Assembly (NCBI GenBank): GCA_012295275.1
Contig: CM022679.1
Coordinates: 20,894,001 to 20,958,000 of the forward strand
Origin: Chrysomallon squamiferum
Taxonomy: Eukaryota; Animalia; Mollusca
DNA length: 64,000 nt
Direction: 5' to 3'
Both the position numbers and the translations under genes were made by a program. Below the pieces are notes generated by a model. It worked only from the letters and a program-made list of their open reading frames with translations, did no database searches and was not told where the DNA came from. This document shows positions 63,551 through 64,000 of the stretch, one piece after another (position 1 is the stretch's first letter; each line of letters starts with the position of its first letter).

Positions 63551-64000
63551 TTCAGTTCTCAGTATGATATCGCTCTTCCTCTGATGTGAATGTTGCGTCT
63601 TTCTGATATTTTAGCTTTTATTATTGTCATTGTTAACTTTTTAAATGGTCGTTTCGTATTATTTTATATAAAACTACTATAATTACAGTATTGTAATATC
63701 TTTTAAAAATATTTTTGATTTAAGTACATTTTGGCATTACCGTTTCTGCTGTTGGTCCCTTAAACCAATGGTCTTCTGTGTGTTGTATTAATCCATTACA
63801 TCATTATCTGTATTGTTGTTATTATCATCTGTATTATCATTGCAATACAGATTCAGAAATCATGTTGGCTTTCAATGTTTTTTATAACTCAAATAAAGAA
63901 AAGCGCCTACGCACTGTATAATATTAAGTATACAACACATACCTGAAACAAGGGCGTGACTTTGACACAAAAAGAGGGGTGATTCCCGAAACGCCCTGTT

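Overview
Very AT-rich, microsatellite-dense, intron-rich animal genomic DNA. A mollusc, probably a gastropod, is inferred from gene structure and SINE fragments and is not proven. No prokaryotic systems are present. Splice-aware reading gives seven genes. (1) The last exon of a FAM20C-like Golgi kinase (+, about 27-308, with a 1-nt frameshift). (2) A complete second FAM20C (-, 8 coding exons, 517 aa) lying tail-to-tail with the first. (3) PTCD1 (+, 8 exons, with an apparent +1 T frameshift). (4) TVP23/FAM18 (-, 7 exons, 213 aa). (5) A short two-exon ELO/ELOVL fatty-acid elongase (+, 241 aa). (6) USO1/p115 (+, 23 exons, 931 aa, with a U12 minor-spliceosome intron and a duplicated 3' splice site). 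(7) The 3' exons of a claudin/PMP22-like tetraspan gene (-). Also present are pogo/Tigger-type MITEs, tRNA-SINE fragments, minisatellites and a mosaic CpG pattern. Most ORFs in the supplied track are microsatellite artefacts. Family assignments come from recalled motifs; no database search was run.
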